DNA of 64,000 nt from Chiloscyllium plagiosum (taxonomy: Eukaryota): assembly GCF_004010195.1 (NCBI RefSeq), contig NC_057719.1, forward strand, positions 13,562,151-13,626,150. The letters run 5' to 3'. Positions within the stretch are counted from its first letter, which is position 1; each line of letters starts with the position of its first letter. The translations under genes and the position numbers were made by a program. Under the pieces are notes generated by a model that was not told the DNA's origin, ran no database searches, and worked only from the letters and a program-made list of their open reading frames with translations. Positions 50,801-62,557 of the stretch are shown here, in pieces.

Positions 50801-50936
50801 CGTGGTAATATCTGACCCGGGCTCCAGTTGAGTGGACTCTGAACCCCCTGGCCATGGGACCTCCTAGAGTTTGGAAAGATTCCAGCCATCGTGTTCTTCC
50901 CTGGTTATTGTGCACCGTCAAGGATGTCAGTAAAGC
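50801..50936 (-). pseudogene. Exon: ALLTSLTVHNNQGRTRWLESFQTLGGPMARGFRVHSTGARVRYYH
   Basis: ttttgtacattgcccccaag acceptor, G|gtaacc donor, 136 nt, phase 0-1, stop-free. Start resembles catenin LVTQVTTLVNTNSKG. Confidence 0.55.
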
Positions 50937-51310
50937 CTTGGGGGCAATGTACAAAAGGTTTACTCAAGTCAGACGTGGGACTTCAGCCACATTGAGAGAC
51001 CACAGGCACTGGGACAAGTCTTCCCAAAACGCAGCAACTCCGAGATTAATTGGATAGAGTGGTTCAGAATCATAGCCGGCTTCAATGGGACAGATAAAGG
51101 AGAAACTCTTTTCAGTGCTGGAAAAGCGGGTCAGAGAAGGCCAAAGAGTCAAGGCAATTGACAAAAGGAACAGACAGGGGGTGACTCATATTTTGAACAC
51201 AATGAGGCTGCTGTGAACCAGAATGTGCTGCCTGAAAAGGCCATGGAAACAAGCTCAGTAATAACTCTTTGAAAGTAATTGGTTAAAGACTTGAAGGGAA
51301 GCTACATTTG

Positions 51311-51505
51311 TGGGTGGCACGGTGGCGCAGTGATTAGCACTGCTGCCTCACAGCGCCAGAGACCCGGGTTCATTTCCCGCCTCAGGCGACTGACTGTGTG
51401 GAGTTTGCACATTCTCCTCGTGTCTGCGTGGGTTTCCTCCGGGTGCTCTTCGGCGGGTCGGTGTGGACTTGTTGGGCCGAAGGGCCTGTTTCCACACTGT
51501 AATGT
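51311..51505 (+). mobile_element. HE1-type SINE with an internal deletion
   Basis: Head joined directly to tail at ~51448. Confidence 0.85.
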
Positions 51506-51997
51506 AATTATCATCTTATGAAAAATATTCGATGGAAAGAATTGCAAGGTCTTTAGTGGGCATGACAGGATAGATACAGAAAGCTTGCTTACTCTTGTTA
51601 GACAGTCTAGGACCAGAGGGCATCACCTCAGATATAGCGGTTGCACATTTAAGACAGGGATAAGGAGGAATTTCTTCTCTCAGAGGGTAGTGAATTTGAG
51701 GCCTCAGAGAGCTGTCAAGGTTGGGTCATTAAGTATATTCAAAGCTGAGATGGACGGATGTTTAATCAGTTAAGGAATCAAGGGTTATGGGGAATAGGTA
51801 GGAAAATGGAAGGATATTAGATTGGCCATGGTCTTATTGAATGGCGAAGCAGACTCGATGGGCTGAATGGCCTACCTCAACTCATATGTCTCATTGTCTT
51901 ATGAAAAAAAGGGTGGGATTAATTGGATAGCACCACCAGAGAGAGCTACCACAGACAAGATGGACTGAATGGTCTGTATTGGCACAGTATCATTCTG

Positions 51998-52219
51998 GGA
52001 GAAAGTGAGGACTGCAGATGCTGGAGATCAGAGCAGAAAATGTGTTGCTGGAAAAGAGCAGCAGGTCAGGCAGCATCCAAGGAACAGGAGAATCGACGTT
52101 TCGGGCATAAGCCCTTCTTCAGGAATGATTCCTGAAGAAGGGCTTATGCCCGAAACGTCGATTCTCCTGTTCCTTGGATGCTGCCTGACCTGCTGCGCTT
52201 TTCCAGCAACGCATTTTCA
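51998..52219. mobile_element. Palindromic Penelope-derived element with a 16-bp TSD
   Basis: Near-perfect inverted arms centred at 52127; gcacagtatcattctg at 51982-51997 and 52220-52235. Confidence 0.85.
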
Positions 52220-52693
52220 GCACAGTATCATTCTGTTTATCTCAACTCGCAGTAGGGGTCATAAGACAGTGACAGGAAACGGCTGCTTTGTTGATGGTCA
52301 GTTGTAGCAGTTTACCTTTGATCAATGTACTCATCACAGAGCAGGATCGAACCTGTGGCCTAACAATTCTTTAAGGTTTGGTCCAATCTGTGAGAGCATC
52401 TAGCAGAACAGCTGGAGAACTGTGTTTAGAACTTGTGTTCTAAACTACTCTTTGATTTACAGTCAAAAATAAACATCTCTGATTTACAACTTGAATGGCT
52501 TTCTTGAAGTGACATTTACTGTTATTGTTATTGCTTGCAGCACCGCCAACTATCATTATATTTATTGATATTCAGTAACATACTAAAATTGTCATCAATC
52601 ATTATTATTAAACATATACTTTGCTGAATTTCACTTTAAAAGTGGTTTAAAATGGCTTCATTCCTCACAATTGGGATTAAATGGTTGTCTTAC

Positions 52694-52741
52694 CTCAGGA
52701 TATCAGTAAGTCAACCATCACGTACAGATTTGACTCCTGGC
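52694..52741 (-). pseudogene. Candidate 5'-most coding exon: ARSQICT*WLTY*YPE
   Basis: cag acceptor, strong GAG|gtaaga donor, phase 0-0. Weak likeness to alpha-catenin KSLEIRTLAVERLLEP. Confidence 0.4.
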
Positions 52742-53379
52742 CTGTTACTTCTATAAGGTTAGTCAACTAGCCAGACAAGAAAGAATCTCATCATAGTGGT
52801 GACCAGTGGGTTCAAATGATAGGGAGCCCTAAGTGTTACAGAAATGAACCAGCAAAATATTTGAGCAATGGCTTTGAATTTGAAATAGAAAAATTATTGA
52901 GCCAGTTGGTACATAGTTAGGTGCAAAGTTCAATGCTATCTTAGGCTGAATCATTTTCAGCTGCTTCATCAATGGCCTTCCCTTCATTGAGAGTGAAGTG
53001 GGGATATTTGCAATGATTACACAATGTCAGCACCATTTTGGGACTCCTCAAGCAGACAATGTTCAAAAACAACAAGATCTGGACAATATCCAGACTTCAG
53101 CTGAAACATGGTAACTATCTTTAATACAACACAAGAGCCAGGTTGACCCCAACTAAGCAGTCTTCTTGACATTTAATGGCATTTCCATTACTGTGTTTCA
53201 GCATCTTGAGGAATGGTGGTGGGAGGCATCCTCACTGTTGACCAAAAACCTATCTGGACCCAAACAGAAATTGCTGGAAAAGCTCAGTAGGTCTGGCAGC
53301 ATCTATGGAGAGAAATCAGAGTTAATACTTCAGGTCGAGCAACCCTTCCTCATCAGTTCTGAGGAAGGGTCACTGAAGC

Positions 53380-55162
53380 AGCAATTACTGTTTTATATGC
53401 TGTTGTGTTACTTTGGAACTTTGGAAAAAAAAGTCAAAACAACAACATTTTTAAAAGGGAAAGTAACAGACAATTGAAGCACATGGTGAGGTCAGTGCAG
53501 GAGAGAGAGAGAGAGAAAGAAACCCACACTGCTAACTGACACAACAGTGAATCTGCACAGTTACTGCCTTTGCTGTCGAATTCATGTATCGTTGGACATC
53601 GGAGTGCGTCTGGGAAAGTGAACAAATAGTGAAATTCACAACTAATCTTGGCGGACCCTGTTTGCGAGCGGTCCCTGCACAGAAACAGATAAGTGAATAT
53701 TTTAAGCGTGGCCTTACAGTAAGTCTGCAGTAGTGAGTAGAATGTGTTATTTCTTGATTATATGTTTTAATGAGATATGTCTCTTGATTAAACTTAAAAA
53801 AAAACCCATAAATATTAATTTAAACTGGAGCAGTGTTTTGTAGAGGAATAAGACAATGCTATTTTCTGGGTCTGTTGATTGAAAGCAGCAAAAATGGCTT
53901 TAGTAGTGATATGCTCTTCTTGTCAGATGGGGGAGTTTAGGGAGAGTTTACGGGTTACTGAGGATTATATCTGCAATAAATGCCATTAGTTGCAAATCCT
54001 AACAGATCAAATGGATCAGTTGGAGACAGTTAGAGACAATGAAGAATTTACAAGAGCAAGGGGATGTGATGGATGGTAGTTATAGGAAGGGGGGAAAGTC
54101 TTAGATATAGTCACATAGATGGGCTAACTCCAGAAAAGATAAGAGAGATGGGCAGCTAGTGAAAGAGAGTCTTCTGTGGCTATCCTCATTTCAAACAAGT
54201 ATGCTGTTTTGGAAAATGTAGGGAGTGATGGATTCTCAGGGGAACATAGCATGAACAGCCAATTTTCTGCTATTGAGACTGGTTCTAATGCAATGAGGGA
54301 TATATTGGGTTACAATTGTGTTAAGGAACTCTCTAGTCTGAGGTAAAAACAGACATTTCTGTGGCTATAGCGAAAAATCAGAATGGAGTGTTGCTTCCCT
54401 GGTGCCAGGATCAAGGATGTGTCAGAGAGGGTACAGAATGTTCTCAAGGGGGAGAGGGGCCAGCAGGAGGTCATTGTACGCACTGGAACTAATGACATAG
54501 GAAGATTACAGAGAGTTGGGCAGGAATTTGAAAAGGAGGTCCTTGAGAGTAGTAATATCTGGATTACTCCCAGTGCTATGAGCTAGTGAGGTAGGAATAG
54601 GAGGATAAAGCAGATGAATGCATGGCTGAGGAGCTGGTGTGTGGGATAAGGCTTCACATTTTTGGAACATTGGAAGCTCTTTTGGGGTAGAAGTGACCTG
54701 TACAAGAAGGACAGATTGCACCCAAATTGGAAGGGACTAATATACTGGCAGGGAGATTTGCTAGATCTACTCGGGAGTATTTAAACTAGTAAGGTGGGGG
54801 GGTGGGACCCAAGGAGATAGTGAGGAAAGAGATCAATCTGAGACTGGGACAGTTGAGAACAGAAGTGAGTCAAACTGTCAGGGCAGGCAAGGACAAGGTA
54901 GGACTAATAAATTAAACTACATTTATTTCAATGCAAGGGGCCTAACAGGGAAGGCAGATGAACTCAGGGCATGATTAGAAACATGGGACTGGGATATCAA
55001 TTACAGAAACATGGCTCAGGGATGGGCAGGACTGGCAGCTTAATGTTTCAGGATACAAATGCTACAAGAAGGATAGAAAGGGAGGCAAGAGAGGAGGGGG
55101 AGTGGCATTTTTGATAAGGGATAGCATTACAGCTGTACTGAGGGAGGATATTCCCGGAAATA
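53380..55162 (+). mobile_element. CR1-clade LINE 5' part (probable 5' UTR, ORF1 with Cys motifs and esterase, start of APE), cut by N gap
   Basis: CSSCQM..YICNKC, FPGARIKDVSERVQNVL..GTNDIG, YFNARGL, RGGGVA; 5' boundary uncertain. Confidence 0.85.
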
Positions 55163-55662
55163 NNNNNNNNNNNNNNNNNNNNNNNNNNNNNNNNNNNNNN
55201 NNNNNNNNNNNNNNNNNNNNNNNNNNNNNNNNNNNNNNNNNNNNNNNNNNNNNNNNNNNNNNNNNNNNNNNNNNNNNNNNNNNNNNNNNNNNNNNNNNNN
55301 NNNNNNNNNNNNNNNNNNNNNNNNNNNNNNNNNNNNNNNNNNNNNNNNNNNNNNNNNNNNNNNNNNNNNNNNNNNNNNNNNNNNNNNNNNNNNNNNNNNN
55401 NNNNNNNNNNNNNNNNNNNNNNNNNNNNNNNNNNNNNNNNNNNNNNNNNNNNNNNNNNNNNNNNNNNNNNNNNNNNNNNNNNNNNNNNNNNNNNNNNNNN
55501 NNNNNNNNNNNNNNNNNNNNNNNNNNNNNNNNNNNNNNNNNNNNNNNNNNNNNNNNNNNNNNNNNNNNNNNNNNNNNNNNNNNNNNNNNNNNNNNNNNNN
55601 NNNNNNNNNNNNNNNNNNNNNNNNNNNNNNNNNNNNNNNNNNNNNNNNNNNNNNNNNNNNNN

Positions 55663-56120
55663 GATGTAATCAGTATACCATACTCTGTCCAGCACCGCCC
55701 TGTGTCATGTAACCAGTATACCTTACTCTGTCCAGCACTGTCCTGTGTGATGTTACCAGTATACCTTACTCTGTCCAGCACCGCCCTGTGTGCTGTTACC
55801 AGTATACCTTACTCTGTCCAGCACCGCCCTGTGTGATGTAACCAGTATACCTTACTCTGTCCGGCACAGTCCTGTGTGATGTAACCAGTATACCTTACCC
55901 TGTCCAGCACCATCCTGTGTGCTGTTACCAGTATACCTTACTCTGTCCAGCACCGTCCTGTGTGCTGTTACCAGTATACCTTACTCTGTTCAGCTCCTTC
56001 CTGTGCGATGTAACCAGTATACCTTACTCTGTCCAGCACCGTCCTGTGTGCTGTTACCAGTATACCTTACTCTGTCCAGCACCGTCCTGTGTGATGTAAC
56101 CAGTATACCTTGCTGTGTCC
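55663..56120. repeat. 43-bp minisatellite, about 10 visible copies, extending into the gap
   Basis: accagtataccttactctgtccagcaccgtcctgtgtgatgta repeated at 43-bp spacing. Confidence 0.95.
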
Positions 56121-56919
56121 AAGTATTATTTCATGCCATGATCTGTGTATGGCCTTGTTTACAATGAGATGCTCGCAAACAAAGCTTTTCACTGTGCTTA
56201 GTTAAGTCGATAAATCAAATTAATTTCCCTCCGTTTGGCTATCTTCTACCTTCCGTCCTGATGCTTTCGTCTGATATTTTGCTATCTCTTCCATCCTCAA
56301 CCTACCCCTATCTGGTGATGCTCCAGCCAGTGACTGTTAACTATCTGCATTAGCTTTCTGAATCGTTCCTTACTTGGATCATTACTAATTCCCGTGATTG
56401 TGTCGATGAGGTTGATGATGTGGAAAGGGAAATCTCAGACAGCTGTAACTTGTGTCACTCAATCTTTTGGGCCCATCCCTCACTCACTGCCCCTCCTTGA
56501 AGGCTTCACAGACAGACAGCAGACTGGGCTATTTAAGTAGCCGTGCCAACATTTCCCTCTTCACCGATACTGTTGATTCACGGACACATTCCGGGTGCAA
56601 ATAAGTGCTGACCCCGTCATCAGTCACAAAGTCACAACAACAAAAGATGTGACCTTTTTGCAATAAAACTAGATTGCCCGCTGAGATCTGTCCGTGTTAT
56701 TACCACAGCCAAATAATCCATCTTCTTCCTTATTCAACTCTATATTGCAGTGGACCCATAGGTTTTATAAATCATCAAGGCTTATCTAGGAGTATTAGTG
56801 CCAGAGGGCCTCTCTGTGCACTACAATATACAGCCTGCATCTCATACATATATATATATATTTTCATGCTCGCTGACTCGCAAATCATTTTTATTGCACA
56901 TCTTGGTCCGGGGGTTCTA

Positions 56920-57295
56920 TCAGCAAGCTATCAGCAAGTGTGTTCTGCAAGTTCCGCAATGATATATTACCAGCATGATCCTGGAAGATCACATTCGTGC
57001 CCGGAAAAGTCAACTGCCATTTTCCGGCATGAATTATTTAGCATCAGTGGGGACTATCACCAGCACTCCCTTCAAACTGTTCTTATTGCTTTAAGCTTCA
57101 GCAAGATTGGTTGTTTGATTCAGGTAGAAGACGAGCACTGCCTCATCCTGCTCGACCTCAGCGCCACCTTGCTCGACCCCTCTACCATCTCGAAGTTGCC
57201 TTTCCGCTCTCTGGTACTACACAAGCTGAAATTTCCTCTGATGAAATATTGGAAAGGCAGAAACCTTTGCGTTTGGTTGTCATCATTGAACTAAC
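56920..57295 (+). mobile_element. Ancient L2-like reverse transcriptase fragment
   Basis: HSLQTVLIAL...HCLILLDLSATL...YWKGRNLCV resembles the L2 motifs HSTETAL...LILLDLSAAFD...YLSDR. Confidence 0.6.
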
Positions 57296-57866
57296 TCTTC
57301 AGCGGCTGGCATCCCATCACTGACACCCTTTTATCGACACACGAACAGGCTGTGACTATAATACTGCTTCAGACAGAGTCAGATAGCAGAGGGTCAGTAT
57401 CACTGACACTCACCTCTTTATGTCAGCCAGGGCTCCCTGATTGGATCAGCTCCAATCAGGAAACTCATATTCTACGAGAAGCAGAAAGCTGATCTTGTTA
57501 CAATCAATACATCGCCATTCGTTGGTGAGTGACTCCATCTCCCTCACTGTCCAAAACTTAAGGAGAACGTGAAGACTGCAGATGCTCGAGATCAGAGTCA
57601 AACAGTTTGGTGCTGGAAAAACACAGCCGGTCAGGCAGCATCGAGGAGCAGGAAACTCGCGCTTCAAACAGAAAAGCTTATGTTTGAAATGTCGACTCTC
57701 CTGCTCCATGGATACTGCTTGACCGGCTGTGCTTTTCCAGCACCACACATTTTGTCCAAGGTTTTACCAAATTGTACATGACTTTGGTGTCATATTTACT
57801 TACAAGGTGAGCTTCGAAGCAGATATCACTAAAACCATGTGCTTCAGCCTTTCTAACATCACCCAT

Positions 57867-59282
57867 TGAATTGAATTTATTGTCACGTGTACCGAGACAC
57901 AGTGAAAACTTTGACTTGCGAGCAATACAGGCAGATCACAGAGTTAAGTAACATAGATAGTAAATAATAGGTAAACAGCAGCAAAAACAAAACACAGATA
58001 CAGGTGGATGTCAAGAGTTTGTGAGTCCACTCAGTATTCTAACAACAGTCGAGTAGAAACTGTTTCAAAACAGGCTGGTGTGTGCGTTCAGGCTTCTGTA
58101 CCTTCTCCCTGATATTAGAAGTTGTAGAAAAACATTGCTAGGGTGGGATGGATCTTTGAGAATGCTGGTGGCCTTTCCTTGACAATGGGTCTGGTAATGG
58201 ATTCTTTAGATGGGAGGTTGGCCTTTGTGATCGTCCGGGCCGAGTTCACCACTCTCTGTAACTGTCTCCGATCTTGAATGGTACGGTTACCATACCAGGT
58301 AGTGATACATCCAGACAGAATGCTCTCTAATGGCACACCTATAAAAATTGGCAAGGGTATTCACCGCCATGCCAAATTTCCTCAGCTGCCTGAGGAAGAA
58401 GAGACCTCGTTGGGCCTTTGTAGCCAGAGCACCCACATGAAGAGTCCAAGAAAGCTTGTTGTGGATGACCACTCCCAGGAGCTTGACACTCTCCACTCAT
58501 TCCACCTCTGTGCTGTTAATGTCTAGGGAGGCATGAATAACATCCTACCAAAAGTCAATAATGCATTGCTGGCATTGAGAGCTAGGTTGTTCTCAGTGCA
58601 CCATTTTTCCATGTCTTCCAACTCCAGAGTACTGTTTCGTCGCCATCTGAGATTTGACCGACTATGGTGGTGTCACCAGCGAACTTGTAAATGGCATTAA
58701 TCTGGTATTTGGCGACACGGTCATGGGTATACAGTGAGTATAGTAGGGGGCCGAGTACGTACCCCTGGGGGGCTCCAGTGTTGAGTGTTAGTGAGGATGA
58801 AATATTGTCCCCAATCTTCACTGATTGTGGCCTGTGGGTCAGGAAACTGAGGATCCAATCGCAGAGAGTGGGGTTTAGTCTGAGATCACTAAGTTTAGTA
58901 ATCAGTCTCGAGGGGATAATAGTGTTGAAAGCTGAACTGTTGTCAATGAGTAGGATTCTTACATAGCTGTTCTTCGTGTCAAGATGTTCCCAGGAGGAGT
59001 GAAGGGTAAGTGACATCGCATCTCACTTGGATCTGTTGGTCTGATAGACAAATTGGTTAAGAGTCATGGGGAAGCTGGAGTTGATTAATGCCACGACCTG
59101 ACTTTCAAAGCACTTCATGACCACCGAAGTTAGGGCCTCTAGGTGGTAGTCATTGAGACATGCTGCATGAGCCTTCTTAGTTACAGGGATAATGTTGGCC
59201 CTCCTGAAACAGACAGGGACAGTGGCCTGTTGCAGGGAGAGGTTGAAGATGTATGAGAAGACCTCTGCCAGTTGATCTGCGC
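57867..59282 (-). mobile_element. Rex1/Babar-clade LINE, 3' half with RT
   Basis: [60 protein letters not shown]; 3' tail gtgacaataaa(ttcaa)n. Confidence 0.92.
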
Positions 59283-59529
59283 TGATTTGCTGCTCCAGGT
59301 CCAGCCAAGATTTTTGCAAAAGTGTTGGCTGCTCTCCAGGTAAGTTTTGATAAATTTCATGTCAGGCAGGTTTCTAATGGGAGTGTTTCATGTCGGTTCT
59401 CCTTCCTGGGGCAAGTCTCTCGGGTCCCTCCATTTTCTGGCAGGCCCCAAGCCTGGGGCTTGTAGGCTGCCTCCAGTGGGTCCTAAGCAAACTCCCTCCT
59501 GTAAAAAAACACACACACAGAAAATTATC

Positions 59530-59822
59530 TGTTAGATTCCCAAGATTCCCTTCGGCCTACCAAGTCCACACCGACTGTCCGAAGAGTACCCACCCAGACA
59601 CATCTCCCTACATTTACCCCAACTATTGCACCTAACACAATGGGCAATTTAACATGGCCAATTCACTTGACCTGCACATCTTCAGACTCATGGGAGGAAA
59701 CCCACGCAGGCACAGGGAGAATGTGCAAACTCCACACAAACAGTCACCCAAGGCTGGAATCGAACCCGCGTCCATGGTGCTGTGAAGCAGCAGTGCCAAC
59801 CACTGAGCCACCGTGTCACCCC
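59530..59822 (-). mobile_element. HE1-type SINE
   Basis: Reverse complement similarity. Confidence 0.82.
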
Positions 59823-60254
59823 AATGGACCCCTGCACTGGGTCCTAAGCAGACCTTCTGCAAAAAATATGCTAAACTGCAACCTACCTGCTCCACAGGGT
59901 CTTCGGACAGATCACCTAACTGGAAGTGGTCACAATCCACTCCCAGACCACCAGGCACTAAATGTAAGAAACCTGCAAAGAAACCATCTCAGTTCATCTG
60001 CAGCTGAAGTAGTTTGCCATAAGCAGTGCAGTGCAGAGAATACAATAATGCCCTGGGAGTTGATTGCATGTCAAGGTCCTGGACTACATGCTGAGGAACA
60101 CACTAAAGCTTGGGGCAGCTGCTGCCAAGGCACAGTACGGAAAGACTACTATCTGAGGCCTTCCTGCGAAAGTTAGATGGGGGTCCATTCAGTTATCAGA
60201 ACCCCCTGGTGCTTCAAATGCATGTAAATGTAGTCTTGTACATGTAAGTGATGT

Positions 60255-61248
60255 CATAGAGTCATAGAGTCATAGAGATGTACAGCATGGAAACAGACCC
60301 TTCGGTCCAACCCGTCCATGNNNNNNNNNNNNNNNNNNNNNNNNNNNNCAACCCAATCTAGTCCCACCTGCCAGCACCCGGCCCATATCCCTCCAAACCC
60401 TTCCTATTCATAAAACCATCCAAATGCCTCTTAAATGTTGCAATTGTACCAGCCTCCACCATATCCTCTGGCAGCTGATTTCATACACATACCACCCACT
60501 GCGTGTAAAAGTTGCCCCTTATGTATCTTTTATATCTTTCCCCTCTCACCCTAAACCTATACCCTCTAGTTCTGGACTCCCTGACCCCAGGGAAAAGACT
60601 TTGTCTATTTATCCTATCCATGCCTCTCATAATTTTGTAAACCTCTATAAGGTCAACCCTCAGCCTCCGACACTCCAGGGAAAATAGCCCCAGCCTGTTC
60701 AGCCTCTCCCTGTAGCTCAGATCCTCCAACCCTGGCAACATCCTTGTAAATCTTTTCTGAACCCTTTCAAGTTTCACAGCATCTTTCCGATAGGAAGAAG
60801 ACCAGAATTGCACGCAATATTCCAACAGTGGCCTAACCAATGTCCTGTACAGCCACAATGTGACCTCCCATCTCCTGTACTCAATACTCTGACCAATAAA
60901 GGAAAGCATACCAAATGCTGCCTTCACTATCCTATCTACTGTGACTCCACTTTCAAGTAGCTAATAACCTGCACTCCAAGTTCTCTTTGTTCAGCAACAC
61001 TCCCAAGGACCTTACCATTAAGTGTATAAGTCCTGCTAAGATTTGCTTGCCCAAAATGCAGCACTTCACATTTATCTGAATTAAACTCCATCTGCCCTTC
61101 TCAGCCCATTGGCCCATCTGGTCAAGATCTTGTTGTAATCTGAGGTAACCCTCTTCGTTGTCCACTACACCTCCAATTTTGGTGTCATCTGCAAACTTAC
61201 TAACTGTACCTCTTATGCTCGCATCCAAATCATTGATGTAAATGACAA
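60255..61248 (-). mobile_element. HER1/CR1 LINE 3' 1 kb
   Basis: IYINDLD..SKFADDTKIGG..LQQDLD; (ctatgact)n tail. Confidence 0.93.
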
Positions 61249-61494
61249 TGTCTTTGGCTTGTTTGGATAGAGTCAAATGCCAGTGTCTGTTTGTTTCCTT
61301 GAAATCCTGCTGGACAGACCCAAACTGCATTTGTGACTATGTGTGTGTACAAAGTTACTTTTTATGAATAAAATATAGTTTTGAAATGAATACAAATTAT
61401 ATCTGTACCCTTCTCAATCAGAAGTGGAAAAACAGGGAACTTGCAGAGAGCTACTGACAGAATTGTAATGCCTCTGATGCTGTGGGGTGACATT

Positions 61495-61745
61495 TCTGTC
61501 TCACAGAGCCAGGGAGCCAGGTTCGGTTCCAGCCTTGGGGAGTCTAGGTGGAGTTTGTATGCTCTCTCCACGTCTGTTTGGATTTCTGTTTGATGCTATA
61601 GTTTCCTCCCATAGTCCAAAGATGTGCAGGTGAGGTGGATGAATCATGACAAACAAGGGATTACAGGGATATGGTGGGATGCTCTTTGGAGGGATGGTGC
61701 AGACTTGAGGGGCCAAATGGCCTCTTTCCACACTGTAGGGATTCT
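61495..61745 (+). mobile_element. Diverged HE1-type SINE
   Basis: V core and tail. Confidence 0.7.
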
Positions 61746-61804
61746 TTGAACTGCTGACTTCATTCCAACATGGACTGAAACATGATGATTGTCAAGTTGA
61801 TGCG

Positions 61805-62275
61805 CACCGCCCATTGGCCGACCACTTCAACTCCCCCTCCCAGTCCCCCAAGGACGTGGGAGTCCTGGGCCTCCTCCACCAACAAATCCAAGCCACCCTC
61901 CAAATGGAGAAAATTGCCTCATCTTCTGCCTTGGGACCCTTCAACCACATGGCATCAACATCGACTTCACCAGTTTCCAAATCTCCCCTCCCCACAGATC
62001 CAACTCTCCAACTTGGCACCACCCTCTTGGCTTGTCCTACCTGTTCATCTTCATTCACCGCCTAAACACTTCACCCTCCCCACTGTCCTATCACAATTAC
62101 CCCCTCCCCCACCTGCATCCACCTATTNNNNNNNNNNNNNNNNNNNNNNNNNNNNNNNNNNNNTTATCATTCAGGCCCCTTCCCCCACCACATTCCTAAT
62201 GAAGGGCTTATGCCTGAAATGTCGTCTCTCCTGCTCCTCGGATGCTGCCTGACCTGCTGGGCTTTTCCAGCACCA
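61805..62275 (+). mobile_element. Penelope-like element 3' end (GIY-YIG C-terminus and terminal repeat)
   Basis: ADHFNSPS...VLGLL and LGTLQP.GINIDF in an adjacent frame. Confidence 0.8.
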
Positions 62276-62557
62276 CTCTCTGCTCCTTGGAAGCTGCCTG
62301 ACCTGCTAGGCCTTTCCAGCACACTCTCTGCTCCTCAGAAGCTGCCTGACCTGCTGGGCTTTTCCAGCACACTCTCTGCTCCTCGGAAGCTGCCTGACCT
62401 GCTGGGCCTTTCCAGCACACTCTCTGCTCCTCGGAAGCTGCCTGACCTGCTGGGCTTTTCCAGCACACTCTCTGCTCCTCGGAAGCTGCCTGACCGGCTG
62501 GGCTTTTCCAGCACACTCTCTGCTCCTCGGAAGCTGCCTGACCTGCTGGGCTTTTGC
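62225..62557 (+). repeat. 48-bp tandem array, about 7 copies, derived from the Penelope terminal repeat
   Basis: ctctgctcctcggaagctgcctgacctgctgggcttttccagcacact repeated. Confidence 0.92.

Larger units (their letters stand above)
5131..52741 (-). pseudogene. Multi-exon unprocessed pseudogene, divergent alpha-catenin/vinculin superfamily member
   Basis: About 20 minus-strand exons with AG/GT boundaries. Phases chain without conflict from 37378 to 14519 (2-0,0-2,2-1,1-0,0-1,1-0,0-1,1-0,0-1,1-1,1-0) and from 52741 to 43215 (0-0,0-1,1-0,0-1,1-0). Translations are collinear with the N, M and tail domains of alpha-catenin/vinculin (by eye, reference sequences from memory). Many in-frame TAA/TAG/TGA. 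Confidence 0.75.

Noticed and set aside
5131..52741. Assigning CTNNA1/2/3, CTNNAL1 or VCL as the gene symbol
   Set aside because: Similarity is motif-level only and far below what these conserved genes normally show across vertebrates; orthology cannot be set without a tree and synteny.
55048..55836. ORFs spanning N runs (also 22730-23518, 38562-39050, 47291-47759)
   Set aside because: Length is inflated by assembly gaps.
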